Shown here piece after piece: positions 25,051-35,830 of a stretch of 64,000 bases of DNA (within the stretch, counting starts at the first letter, position 1; each line of letters opens with the position of its first letter). Below the pieces are notes generated by a model. That model searched no databases. It was not told the origin of the DNA and saw only the letters and a list, made by a program, of their open reading frames with translations. The stretch is from Alloascoidea hylecoeti. Its lineage: Eukaryota. The stretch lies in assembly GCA_001600815.1 (NCBI GenBank), contig BCKZ01000003.1, forward strand, positions 1,523,912 through 1,587,911, given 5' to 3'. A program made the translations under genes and the position numbers.

Positions 25051-26176
25051 TTATTAAATTATTGAGAACAAGATATCACAAAAATGAAATGGAAACTATT
25101 AAAGCAGTGAAAACAATGGTGCTTATTTCCTAATAAAATCAGTATTGTTTATTAATAGAGAAATGATCAATTATTAATGACTTATTATTTTCATAAGTAT
25201 TTCTTGTAACTGATCTTGTTAAGATATCAGCAGCATTGTTTTTACTTGCTTTTTTTAATGTTTTCCTTATTATTTTTCAAAATCTTGTTGTCAATAATTT
25301 AATAATTATATCGGTTGTTTACTTCTTACTTTTATATCCAGGATTTACCAGTAATATTAATAATATAACATTTTCATTATCTTAAAGTATGTGATTTTTG
25401 TGTTCTCATACAATAAATTTAAAATTGGTAACATTTGATCAATCATATCATAGTAATCTGTGGTGAATCACAGGTCACGCTTACTTGAGTGTATGGTTAC
25501 ATTAGGTAAACACATAGTGACTGCTTTCTTTGTCAGTATAGTTTGTAGTGCTCTATAATATATTGTACTTTGAATAGCTCTTCTTGCTGGGTTTGTGCTA
25601 TTTCTTGTACTGATGCAATCGGTCTAATCAGTGCATAACCTTATCAATATCAAATAGCCCACTTATACCCCAAAACTGTGTGAAATTGCATAACCAATTA
25701 CAAAGATTTCCATTGATCAAAACCAGTTGTTAATTTTCGTGTACACCAGTAACATTATCAGCATCAACGTCAATATTGGAGGCTCTCCTTTCCATCCACC
25801 TTTTTTAATAAGAATACCGATACCCTTCATATGTATTTATTAAATCACGTCCTATTTGTACAATTAAATTATTGCTTAAAAAGTACACCATAGCTATATA
25901 AGTACTCAACTCTACTTCTTAAATTCCAACTTTATTCAACTATACATTTCTAGTAGGTCGTACTTATAACGACAGTGGTTGAGGATCCTAATACTCCATA
26001 TTCTTCGTAGGCTGGCAGCAATTAATGTCGATATGGGCGCTAACCAATTAATAGCTAAATTTCGAGGAAAATGAAACGTTAGAGATGAATTTATTCTTAA
26101 TCGTTTCAAGATTTAATTGCATCGTCTTAAATTATATTTATTTATAAGATGTTATATATTACTAATTACTCTAAAT

Positions 26177-27040
26177 TTAATTAAATTCATCCCATTTCCA
26201 CTCCCCATTGTTAACAAAATCATTCTGAATATTCTTTTCAAAACTAGAACCTTTACCTGGACCTTGACCTAAAATTGTTTTAATGAAAACTATAAAATCA
26301 CTCGGACCAAAACCTTTCTTAAACAGTTCATTAGCCTTTGAAACTTGTTCTTCTAAAGGAATAACAGTAACATCTAATTTCTTTCCGGTTTGCTTTTCAT
26401 ATAAGTTGATGAAATGTTTAATTGGTAATTGAGCTGAGTTGACTCTAATACTATCAGGAATAGTAGATGGATCTTTTGAAGCAAGACTTGCAACAACACG
26501 ACCGACATCTGCAAGAGATGTAACCGAAACAGGATAGTCTTCTGTGCCAATTAATTCATATTTTCCAGAGGAAAAGAAAAATGATGAAGGTCCAAGAAGG
26601 AATTCAGCAAATAAACCATTTCTAACCAATACAGTTTTCAAACCGGCAGCACGGGCAGCTTCATAATGTGATCTCTTACCATCAAAAACAGTTGGCCAAN
26701 CACNNTCGTCATAGTNAGNACCAAATTCNGANGGAANATAAAGTTTGATTTTGNTATTAGCAGCGGATTTAATGAGATTACTTGAATGTGGTCCTGGATT
26801 AGAAATGTTTACAAAAACATCAACACCTTTCAGGGCAGCATCTAATTCTTCTACTGATGAATTTGGAGCAGAATAATATTTGACTTCAGCTGTATTCTTT
26901 TCTTTAGATGCATCACGAGTTATAACATGAATAGGGAAAGAAAACCTGTTAACAAAAAGAGGTGAAGTCAGGGCGGCAATTATTGGTTTCGCCAAAAGTC
27001 CATGGGCACCAAAAAGGGCAACGGTTGGTTTATAAGACAT
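26177..27040 (-). CDS. NmrA-like / isoflavone-reductase-like protein, copy B
   Basis: Near-identical tandem paralog of copies A and C, same motifs. Confidence 0.9.
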   Translation of the reverse strand: MSYKPTVALFGAHGLLAKPIIAALTSPLFVNRFSFPIHVITRDASKEKNTAEVKYYSAPNSSVEELDAALKGVDVFVNISNPGPHSSNLIKSAANXKIKLYXXXEFGXXYDXXXWPTVFDGKRSHYEAARAAGLKTVLVRNGLFAEFLLGPSSFFFSSGKYELIGTEDYPVSVTSLADVGRVVASLASKDPSTIPDSIRVNSAQLPIKHFINLYEKQTGKKLDVTVIPLEEQVSKANELFKKGFGPSDFIVFIKTILGQGPGKGSSFEKNIQNDFVNNGEWKWDEFN

Positions 27041-27772
27041 AATGTGTTGAAGGTTTAAATCTGGGGTTCAAAAATGGTAATACTAATTGATTCAATAAGA
27101 ATTGAACTTCTTTGTAATTAATATTAATTGGAATTAGAATTGAAATTGAAGGAAAAAATTGATACTTATATACTCTCAAGATATCATTAATTAATCGCAA
27201 TAAATGATTAACTCGAAGTTTGAACATATTCTTCTTGTTACATCAGCCTTAGTAAGGGTATATTATATTGATCTTACATCATCTTTAGTCAGAATTATAT
27301 TATAATTATCCTAGGTAAAACTTACAGAACCACAGTTCCAACCAATTATACTGCCAAATTTATTTTAATTGAGTGAAGTTTCAATATATAGAGTAGTAGA
27401 TTGTATATCGTAGCTAGTGCAATTGCAAAAGAAGTACATGTAAATGGCATTGTATACATATATAAAGTGAAGGATTCTGGACGAATTAGTATTATTGATG
27501 TAGGAAGCATGAGGAAATTAAAGTAACTTACAAAAGAAAGAAATATGAATTTGGAGAGAGTCCAGAAGAAAAAGATTAAAATCTCCATTGGCCTGGTTGG
27601 CCATTACAACCCGGAACTTCCAACCAATTTCATTTAATTTCCCTAAAAATTATAAAATAAAATCTCGGTATTGTTCTGATTAATTTCTAATTCGTTGGAA
27701 AATTTGGATTGCAGTGGATTGATGTTACTTCTCCATAAACTTCAATTATTCTAAACAAGTTGTATTCACATA

Positions 27773-28001
27773 CAGTACTTTGAGTAAATATCGACCACTT
27801 ATTGAGTTTTATATTCGCCCACATCATACATAATTAGTCGTCTACTCGGTATGACGGGGCCTATACTCGGGTTTCTTATGAAACTCCTCTATCTACAGCA
27901 GGTCATGCAACCACTAAGTTCGGGTACCTATGGTCGAATAATTATGCGTGATATGGGCGAATATATAACTCAATAAATGGCTGATATTTACCAAAGTTAT
28001 G
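27773..28001. mobile_element. 229-bp MITE with ~65-bp imperfect terminal inverted repeats and TA flanks (Tc1/mariner-type)
   Basis: TA|CAGTACTTTGAGTAAATATCGACCACTTATTGAGTTTTATATTCGCCCACATCATACATAATTA ... TAATTATGCGTGATATGGGCGAATATATAACTCAATAAATGGCTGATATTTACCAAAGTTATG|TA; the homologous 3' flank of NmrA copy A (~23240..23290) lacks it. Confidence 0.8.
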
Positions 28002-28048
28002 TATATTTCTTAAATATTTATAAGATCTTATCACTAATTTTTCTAAAT

Positions 28049-28912
28049 TTAATTAAATTCATCCCATTTCCACTCCCCATTGTTAACAAAATCATTCTGA
28101 ATATTCTTTTCAAAACTAGAACCTTTACCTGGACCTTGACCTAAAATTGTTTTAATGAAAACTATAAAATCACTCGGACCAAAACCTTTCTTAAACAGTT
28201 CATTAGCCTTTGTAACTTGTTCTTCTAAAGGAATAACAGTAACATCTAATTTTTTTCCGGTTTGCTTTTCATATAAGTTGATGAAATGTTTAATTGGTAA
28301 TTGAGCTGAGTTGACTCTAATACTATCAGGAATAGTAGATGGATCTTTTGAAGCAAGACTTGCAACAACACGACCGACATCTGCAAGAGATGTAACCGAA
28401 ACAGGATAGTCTTCTGTGCCAATTAATTCATATTTTCCAGAGGAAAAGGAAAATGATTTTGGTCCATAAAGAAAATCAGCAAAAAGCCCAGTTCTCACCA
28501 ATACAGTTTTCAAACCGGCAGCACGGGCAGCTTCATAATGTGATCTCTTACCATCAAAAACAGTTGGCCAANCACNNTCGTCATAGTNAGTACCAAATTC
28601 NGANGGAANATAAAGTTTGATTTTGTTATTAGCAGCGGATTTAATGAGATTACTTGAATGCAGTCCTGGACTGGAAATGTTTACAAAAACATCAACACCT
28701 TTCAGGGCAGCATCTAATTCTTCTACTGATGAATTTGGAGCAGAATAATATTTGACTTCAGCTGTATTCTTTTCTTTAGATGCATCACGAGTTATAACAT
28801 GAATAGGGAAAGAAAACCTGTTAACAAAAAGAGGTGAAGTCAGGGCGGCAATTATTGGTTTCGCCAAAAGTCCATGGGCACCAAAAAGGGCAACGGTTGG
28901 TTTATAAGACAT
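28049..28912 (-). CDS. NmrA-like / isoflavone-reductase-like protein, copy C
   Basis: Near-identical tandem paralog; ~150 bp upstream identical to copy B and a further ~300 bp of recognisable promoter similarity. Confidence 0.9.
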   Translation of the reverse strand: MSYKPTVALFGAHGLLAKPIIAALTSPLFVNRFSFPIHVITRDASKEKNTAEVKYYSAPNSSVEELDAALKGVDVFVNISSPGLHSSNLIKSAANNKIKLYXXXEFGTXYDXXXWPTVFDGKRSHYEAARAAGLKTVLVRTGLFADFLYGPKSFSFSSGKYELIGTEDYPVSVTSLADVGRVVASLASKDPSTIPDSIRVNSAQLPIKHFINLYEKQTGKKLDVTVIPLEEQVTKANELFKKGFGPSDFIVFIKTILGQGPGKGSSFEKNIQNDFVNNGEWKWDEFN

Positions 28913-29845
28913 AATGTGTTGAAGGTTTAAATCTGGGGTTCAAAAATGGTAATACTAATTGATTCAATAAGAATTGAACTTCTTTGTAATTAATATTAAT
29001 TGGAATTAGAATTGAAATTGAAGGAAAAAATTGATACTTATATACTCTCAAGATATCGTTAATTGATCGCAATCGATCTCTTGATTAGCTCGAAGTTCGA
29101 TTAAATTCTTCTTACATCATGATCAGCTTTAGTAAGGGTATATTATATTGATCTTACACCAGTTTTAGTCAGAGTTACATAATTGGGCTAGATATCACTT
29201 ACAGAACCACAGATCCAACCAATTATATTCATGTTTGATCATCATATAAATAAACATATGTCATAACATTGTCAATTGCAAATTTATCTAATTGAAGGAA
29301 GATCCTCGAATGATACTGTACATGTAGTTCAATTGCAAAATAAGTAACTAACTATGGCATATATAAAGTGAAGGATTACGTGATTTTAAATGAATATTAT
29401 TGATGTACATAAGAAAATCAGGGTAATTTACATAAGAAAATGAATATATACCAAATTAGAAAGAGAAAAATATTCACCCTCACTTTTTTTTTCTTGAATC
29501 TTTGTTTCGTGAGTATGAGAAGTGGAATTTATTGAGCTTAAAAGCAGTTTAAACCGTGCAGGAGTAAGAGTGGTAGGAGCCGTGTTACTCCCACTGGTCA
29601 TTTTGAAAGGAAAGGAAAAGTTGACACGGGGAATAAAGAAGACTTTATAAAAGATCTATTAAAAATTTAAGAGTCCTGCTAGAGACTACCAATTTCTGTA
29701 GTACCCTTCCTACAAAGAAAAGTTCTACAGTTCCTTAAAAGAGATCTAACTTGGGTTCAGAAGATTGGTTTTAATACTATAAATATTATTACTATAAAAG
29801 TATGTAAACTTAGGTAGATATAAACTAAACAAAAATAAATTTGAA

Positions 29846-30835
29846 TCAATCGAATAATGGAAACAAATGTTCATCACCTGGGAAAAGAGCTTGATTAAAT
29901 CTTAAATTTCGATTCAAACCATTAATTTCTTCTAATTCATCATTTGTTAAATCAAATTTATAAGATTCTAAATTTTCTAATAATCTTTCTTTATGATTTG
30001 ATTTTGGATTTACAGCTAATCCACTTTGTGTTGCCCATCTTAATATAACTTGAGCAGGAGTTTTTGAATATTTCTTAGAAATTTTTAAAATTAGATCATC
30101 ATCAAATAATTTTGTTGCATTTTCAGCTTCTTTAAAACCTAATTCTAAAAAAGATTGTGGACCAAATGTTGAATATGAAGTAATTTGAATATTATTAATT
30201 TTTAAATATTTTTGAAATCTTGATTGTGTTAAATATGGATGTAATTCAATTTGAAGAACTTCAGGTTTAATTTTTGAATATCTTAATACATCATTAACTA
30301 ATGCAGGTGTATAATTAGAAAGACCAATTGATTTAGCAATACCTTTTGAAACCAATAATTCTAATGCTTCCCAAGTTTTATATAATGGTACATCTTCAAA
30401 TTCAACTTTTTTTGCAGATTCATTTGCACCATAAAAATAAGTTGGATATTTAATTTTTGGATCAACATATTTTAAAGCTAATGGCCAATGAATTAAAATT
30501 AAATCAAAATAATCAACACCCCAATCTTTTAAAGATCTATTAATCGACTCTTGGACATGATCCGGTGAATGGAATGTATTCCAAACTTTTGTAGTTATGA
30601 AAACATCTTCTCTTTTAACGATACCTTCTGAAATTGCTTGATTTAATCCTTCTCCTGCTTCTTTTTCATTTCCATAAACTTGTGCACCATCTAGACCACG
30701 ATAACCAATTTTAAGGGCATGGTAGACTTGTTCTTTGGCAACGTCGGTTGGGATTTTCCATAAACCGAGACCAATTGCTGGTAATTTACGACCAGAGGAA
30801 AGAGTAAAATAAGGACCATTGAGTTCGTAAGACAT
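29846..30835 (-). CDS. Aldo-keto reductase, xylose reductase (Xyl1/Gre3)-like
   Basis: GLGLWK, DGAQVYGNE (Asp/Tyr), FITTKVWN (Lys), LIHWP (His), KSIGLSNY, QIELHPYL, AQVILRW, PKS, LRFN. Confidence 0.9.
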   Translation of the reverse strand: MSYELNGPYFTLSSGRKLPAIGLGLWKIPTDVAKEQVYHALKIGYRGLDGAQVYGNEKEAGEGLNQAISEGIVKREDVFITTKVWNTFHSPDHVQESINRSLKDWGVDYFDLILIHWPLALKYVDPKIKYPTYFYGANESAKKVEFEDVPLYKTWEALELLVSKGIAKSIGLSNYTPALVNDVLRYSKIKPEVLQIELHPYLTQSRFQKYLKINNIQITSYSTFGPQSFLELGFKEAENATKLFDDDLILKISKKYSKTPAQVILRWATQSGLAVNPKSNHKERLLENLESYKFDLTNDELEEINGLNRNLRFNQALFPGDEHLFPLFD

Positions 30836-31487
30836 TTTGAAGTTTCGATTTTTGGGAAGAAAGAGTCAGGGGGGAAATTGGATCTATTATATGTAATATT
30901 TTGAGTTCTGATTAAATTGCACAATTAGAATAATATTGTTCGCAATTCTAATATTTTTGCAATTTATTTCCCGATTGGTGATGATTTTTCATGAATCATG
31001 AAACCATGATGATATAATATTACTTGATTAATTGTAATCCATATTGCATCATCTAATTAATTGATGATCCGATTCAGATCTTGAAAAATAGTTTTAATTT
31101 ATTTTCCGGACCTCAATTAAATTGAATCAATTGAAAATAAAGGAATTCAAATTTAAACAAGGCCAATTGTAAGCAAGATTGATATCATGCACAGTTAATG
31201 TTGTAAGGATAGAGATGAGAACCTTGGCAATAGGTTTATTTATACAAATCAGGATTATAAAGCACTCTAAAATTATATAAAACAACATCTAATTATAATA
31301 TGTAAAGTTTGAGATAAAAAGATATGTAATCGATAATTAATTATAATCAATTGAAATTTGAAAAAGAAACCCAGGAATTAAAAGAAAATATTTGTGTTGA
31401 GTGATGGCCAATAAGAATTTGACTATAGCTATTTACAGAATTGACAATTGATCCTTTATAAATCAATGTTCGAAAGTGTTTGCAGAG

Positions 31488-32114
31488 TTAACCAAGCGGA
31501 CCAACGGCATTTAATGGTGGTTCAGCTTTTGAAATAAACTGTACTTCTTCTATAGTATGTACAATTACTTTTGTTTCTTCTTCATTCAATTCAAATATGA
31601 AGATACCTGATAAGATTTCAGAGGGTGATGATGTCCATGTGACAGTTATTCTAGAAGCTTTTGGATATAGAGCATAACCTCTTGTTTCATCAAAATCCTT
31701 AGCGTTAGAAGTCGTAGTGAACAGTTTAGCAGGACTAACTTTTGTTTTGATTATCTTTAAAGAAGAATGTTGCGGAAGAAATAGTGTTCTGGATAAAACT
31801 TGTAGTAGTTTTAGGGATGAGACGTACGGAATATATCCTGTGGCTACTGGGATTTGGCCCCCACAAGCGATGGGGAACAACCGCAGAGAGATGTTTGGAC
31901 CGACGATATCTCGTGGTAAAGGATGAAGCAGCATTTGAGGCACCCGGCTTTCCACCAGCCGAACCATCCGTGCCAGATTCCCAGCCATTAATGTTGCGAT
32001 TGGAGGCTTCTGGTGTGGTTGAATGGAGAGCAACACCCGTACTCCCGGCAGTATTAAAGAAATTAATATTGTGGAGTTGTTTCCTGTCGACCAGCTTAAC
32101 AGTATTAATATCAT
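31488..32114 (-). CDS. Probable MMU163/Mug163-family (DUF2358/C6orf136-related) protein; start uncertain (32114 or 31988)
   Basis: The part not overlapping the LAM ORF reads NLARMVRLVESRVPQMLLHPLPRDIVGPNISLRLFP...TGYIPY...ITVTWTS...SGIFIFELNEEETKVIVHTIE, matching my recollection of the fungal family pattern LP.LL..PLP..I.S..I.L.LFP...GLFIFEF......HTIE. Confidence 0.7.
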   Translation of the reverse strand: MILILLSWSTGNNSTILISLILPGVRVLLSIQPHQKPPIATLMAGNLARMVRLVESRVPQMLLHPLPRDIVGPNISLRLFPIACGGQIPVATGYIPYVSSLKLLQVLSRTLFLPQHSSLKIIKTKVSPAKLFTTTSNAKDFDETRGYALYPKASRITVTWTSSPSEILSGIFIFELNEEETKVIVHTIEEVQFISKAEPPLNAVGPLG

Positions 32115-34545
32115 GACAACCCTGCCGTTGAATATTTCTTCTGCTTCCACGGCCGCAACAACGACTTCCGTCGACACCTTTTCGGCTTCGCGAGCCGTCT
32201 CGCCGCCCCCGGCAAAGGACGCGACGCCTCTAAAGCAGAAAATGACAAGAGACAAGTTAAAGCCCATTGAAATCATTTCATATCGCAAATCATCGGGACC
32301 CAAACTTTTGTCGTCTCCAATTTCTTTGTTACCTTCACCCATTTCAGATGCTATCACTTCGCCGGTGACTGCCATCTCTCAGAACTTGACACAAATCCTG
32401 CAGTTTGATGCCCAAGTGGCCCAGTCTCAAGACCCAGTTCCAAATACTCATTTATCATATTCGGATTCTATAAGAAATGATTCTTTCCACGATATCTTCA
32501 AATCTGTGCCTAAAACTGACCGGCTAATAACGGATTTTAGCTGCGCCCTAAGCAGAGAAATCCTCCTTCAAGGTCGTTTATACCTCACGCAAAATTCCAT
32601 TTGTTTCAACTCAAATATATTAGGATGGGTGACAAACCTTATCATCGCTTTAAATGATATAACCTCATTCGGTAAAAAATCAACTGCAGGTTTATTTCCA
32701 AATGCTATCGTTATTGAAACTGTCTCGGCTAAACATATATTAGCAAGTTTTATTTCAAGAGATGCTACTTTAGAGTTATTATCGGAAGTTTGGGAAGCAT
32801 CTAAAAAGCAACCAAGTACTCCATCTGTTGGAAAATCAATACCTAAAATTTCACATTCTTCAACAGGCACATTTTTAATTGAAAGTGAGAGTGAAAGTGA
32901 AAGTGAAAGCGAAGATGATATAGTGGATGGCGAATCATCTTCTATAGTTTCAAGTATTAATCCATCACCATATCGGATAAAGGATCGAAATTATGTTTAT
33001 GGGGCTGCTAGTCTTTCTAGCTTGGTAACTCAGGAAGATAGTGATGCTGAATCATCGTATTTTAAAGATGATGATAAACTAAATGATGATAATGAGCTTG
33101 AACTTGAGGTTAATGTTGATGTTGATACTTCCGTTGAACAGTCAGAAGAAAATTCACCAACATTAGATACAAAAAATTCGCCTCCTACTGAACTTAAAGT
33201 TCCGAAGGTCCGATCAAACAACGAAGTTGCTCCTACTGATACCACTACTCTAGTTGATGGAACCTCATCTCCCATCACCATCACCCCTAGTAAAAAAAAT
33301 CCTTATCATTACAAGGGTCCTAAAACACACACCCCTACAAGTTACAACTATAATTATAGTCAAAATAATGAGACGATATTAACTACAGCTAACTTCTCTA
33401 TTCCTATGGGTCTTCTATTTGATATGTTATTTGGACATAATCATTCATTATGGAATGATTTCATAATAGCACATGATGGAGAAGATATCTCTCTATTTAC
33501 AGATTTTAAATCAACACCTGAAAATTCAACAGAATCATCAAGAACTTATAATTTCATCCGTCGATTAAATTATACCATTGGTCCAAAACAAACAAAATGT
33601 TATTTAACAGAAACAATTAAACATTATGATCCATCATCATATGCATCAATTCTTGTTTCTACTTCAACTCCTGATGTACCAAGTGGTAATTCATTTACTG
33701 TTAAAACTCATTATATTTTAAATTGGGGTAATGATGGGGAATCTATTTTAACTATTTCTTGTTTTGTTGTATGGACTGGTGGAAGTTGGATAAAAGGAAT
33801 AGTTGAAAGTAAAAATTTAGAAACTCAAAAACAATCTGCTGAAGATTTAATTAAATTGATAAATAAAACAATTAATGATTTAAATTTAGATAAATTAAAT
33901 GGTGATGAATTAAAATTACAAGGTGATGAATTAGAAATTGAAACAGATGAAACTGTTATTGGATCAGATATTGATATTAAAGCAGATGAAGAAAAAGTTA
34001 AAATTGAAAATATTGTAAAACAAAAACAAAAACAAGAAATTATTAATCAACAATTAATTTTTGGTATACCAATTACAAATACATCAAGTTATATTATTAT
34101 ATTATTATTATCATTAATTTTAATATCATTATTATATTGTTCAATTATGATTTCTAAATCTTATCCTTTACAATCTTCATCTTCATCACAATCATTTTTT
34201 TTTAAAGATTTAAAAACTAAACCATTTAATTTGCATGATACAATTGAAAGAGATAAAAATTTCTTTAATTTTAATAATAAAGATGATTATGAAATACAAC
34301 AACAGGTTTTTATTTGGGATTGGTTAAATGATAGATCATCATCTGAATTATTAAATATAGAAAATATTCAAAATAAAATTGTGAATGGAAATGAAAATGA
34401 AACTAAGAATTTAGGTGGATATAAAATTTTAAATTCAAATGAAATTTTATTGAAATATAATAAACAAGAAATGAAAGAATATTTATATTTAATGGATAGG
34501 CAATTACAATTATTAAAACAAAGAGTTATTGATCATGATGATTGA
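32023..34545 (+). CDS. LAM/Ltc-family GRAM + VASt (StART-like) membrane-anchored sterol transfer protein (Lam5/Lam6-like)
   Basis: GRAM: FH.IF...DFSCALSREILLQGRLY...CFNSNILGW...TAGLFPNAI; single VASt: GPKQTKC, TPDVPSGNSFTV, WTGGSWIKGIVE; C-terminal TM and short coiled coil. Start could be 32023, 32113 or later. Confidence 0.9.
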   Translation: MESNTRTPGSIKEINIVELFPVDQLNSINIMTTLPLNISSASTAATTTSVDTFSASRAVSPPPAKDATPLKQKMTRDKLKPIEIISYRKSSGPKLLSSPISLLPSPISDAITSPVTAISQNLTQILQFDAQVAQSQDPVPNTHLSYSDSIRNDSFHDIFKSVPKTDRLITDFSCALSREILLQGRLYLTQNSICFNSNILGWVTNLIIALNDITSFGKKSTAGLFPNAIVIETVSAKHILASFISRDATLELLSEVWEASKKQPSTPSVGKSIPKISHSSTGTFLIESESESESESEDDIVDGESSSIVSSINPSPYRIKDRNYVYGAASLSSLVTQEDSDAESSYFKDDDKLNDDNELELEVNVDVDTSVEQSEENSPTLDTKNSPPTELKVPKVRSNNEVAPTDTTTLVDGTSSPITITPSKKNPYHYKGPKTHTPTSYNYNYSQNNETILTTANFSIPMGLLFDMLFGHNHSLWNDFIIAHDGEDISLFTDFKSTPENSTESSRTYNFIRRLNYTIGPKQTKCYLTETIKHYDPSSYASILVSTSTPDVPSGNSFTVKTHYILNWGNDGESILTISCFVVWTGGSWIKGIVESKNLETQKQSAEDLIKLINKTINDLNLDKLNGDELKLQGDELEIETDETVIGSDIDIKADEEKVKIENIVKQKQKQEIINQQLIFGIPITNTSSYIIILLLSLILISLLYCSIMISKSYPLQSSSSSQSFFFKDLKTKPFNLHDTIERDKNFFNFNNKDDYEIQQQVFIWDWLNDRSSSELLNIENIQNKIVNGNENETKNLGGYKILNSNEILLKYNKQEMKEYLYLMDRQLQLLKQRVIDHDD

Positions 34546-34813
34546 TATTATTAAATTATAAACGAAGAAATTCAATAATAATGAAAAAAAAAATAAAAAA
34601 ATAAAAAAATTTATATATTATGAGCTTTTTTTTTCATATATTTTTATTACAAATTTAAAGGGTAGAGTTGGTGAAACGTGGCAAAACATTTATACATTTA
34701 ATTGACTTAATACATTTATTTTTATTCATATATATAGTTATCAGTAAATATAAATCAATAACATTTATATGATTATTTCATTACAATTGTAATATTATGA
34801 TATCGATGATTTA

Positions 34814-35830
34814 TCAAGTATCTTCTTCAGTTATCATTTTATAAACTTTTTTACCAGTTATTTGAGCTTGTAACATTTGTATCATTGCATGCCCTAAATC
34901 TTCAGTATAAACATCAAAAACAATCCACCATTTTGAATCATTTAAATCGATATCTTTTAAATTTTCTCCATCATTATTATTTAAATTATTATTAGATATG
35001 GAAATTTTAAATTGACGAAGAGTTAAGAAAATTGAAGCGGATGCAATAACATTTGGATTATGTAATATTCCAATAAAACTAAATTGTAATGAATCTGTTA
35101 TTAAATTATTTGCATATTGTATAAAACTTATTGATTTACCATTGATTTGTTGTGGTTTGATAGTTTCTGATGATATATCGAGTGATCTAAGATAATAAAC
35201 CAAGAATAAATAAGGAAGGTTGATATTAAGATCAAATGATATAGATGATAATAATTCAAGTTCAAAATAATATAAACTATTTAAAAGATCAGGATCAACA
35301 GATTTTGGAATTGCATTAATATCTAATTGAGTAATTAAAAATGGTTTTTGTAAAAAGCTGAATTTTTCTAATTCATCATCATTATCATTTCCATATTTAT
35401 ATAATGCATTTTGAAAAAATGGTAATTTTCTAACTGATTGATAAACACATAAAATTAATGATGGATTATTCATAATATTATTAAATTTTGAAATTTCATA
35501 TAATGATGTTAAACCAAATTTAAACCAAAGGTTTAAGTTATTTATATCATCACCTTTTAAATTCCAATCGTAATTTATAATAAATTGTTGAAAAATTATA
35601 AATGATAAACTTATTGTGTTTTGATCAAATTTACAATTATATCCAATTGCTTTAATTAAGAAAGTTGTTATGATTCTGTAGATATATTCATCATTATTAA
35701 ATTGATTAAGTTTTGAATCTTTTTCTTTTGGATTTGAAGTTTCTGGGAAATTGGTTTGATAGTTAATATATTGGGATAAGTCGACTAATGGATTCACTAG
35801 ATATTGTTCAATGGGTGATTTTTCAGACAT
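34814..35830 (-). CDS. Transcriptional cyclin, cyclin L-like
   Basis: ELELLSSISFDLNINLPY...YLRSL, DSL...LHNPNVIASASIFL, WWIVFDV..EDLG. Confidence 0.72.
   Translation of the reverse strand: MSEKSPIEQYLVNPLVDLSQYINYQTNFPETSNPKEKDSKLNQFNNDEYIYRIITTFLIKAIGYNCKFDQNTISLSFIIFQQFIINYDWNLKGDDINNLNLWFKFGLTSLYEISKFNNIMNNPSLILCVYQSVRKLPFFQNALYKYGNDNDDELEKFSFLQKPFLITQLDINAIPKSVDPDLLNSLYYFELELLSSISFDLNINLPYLFLVYYLRSLDISSETIKPQQINGKSISFIQYANNLITDSLQFSFIGILHNPNVIASASIFLTLRQFKISISNNNLNNNDGENLKDIDLNDSKWWIVFDVYTEDLGHAMIQMLQAQITGKKVYKMITEEDT

Noticed and set aside
25560..25860. KGIGILIKK (LINE endonuclease-like) or KKVDG (RT-like) words on the minus strand
   Set aside because: Single short motifs without supporting neighbours.
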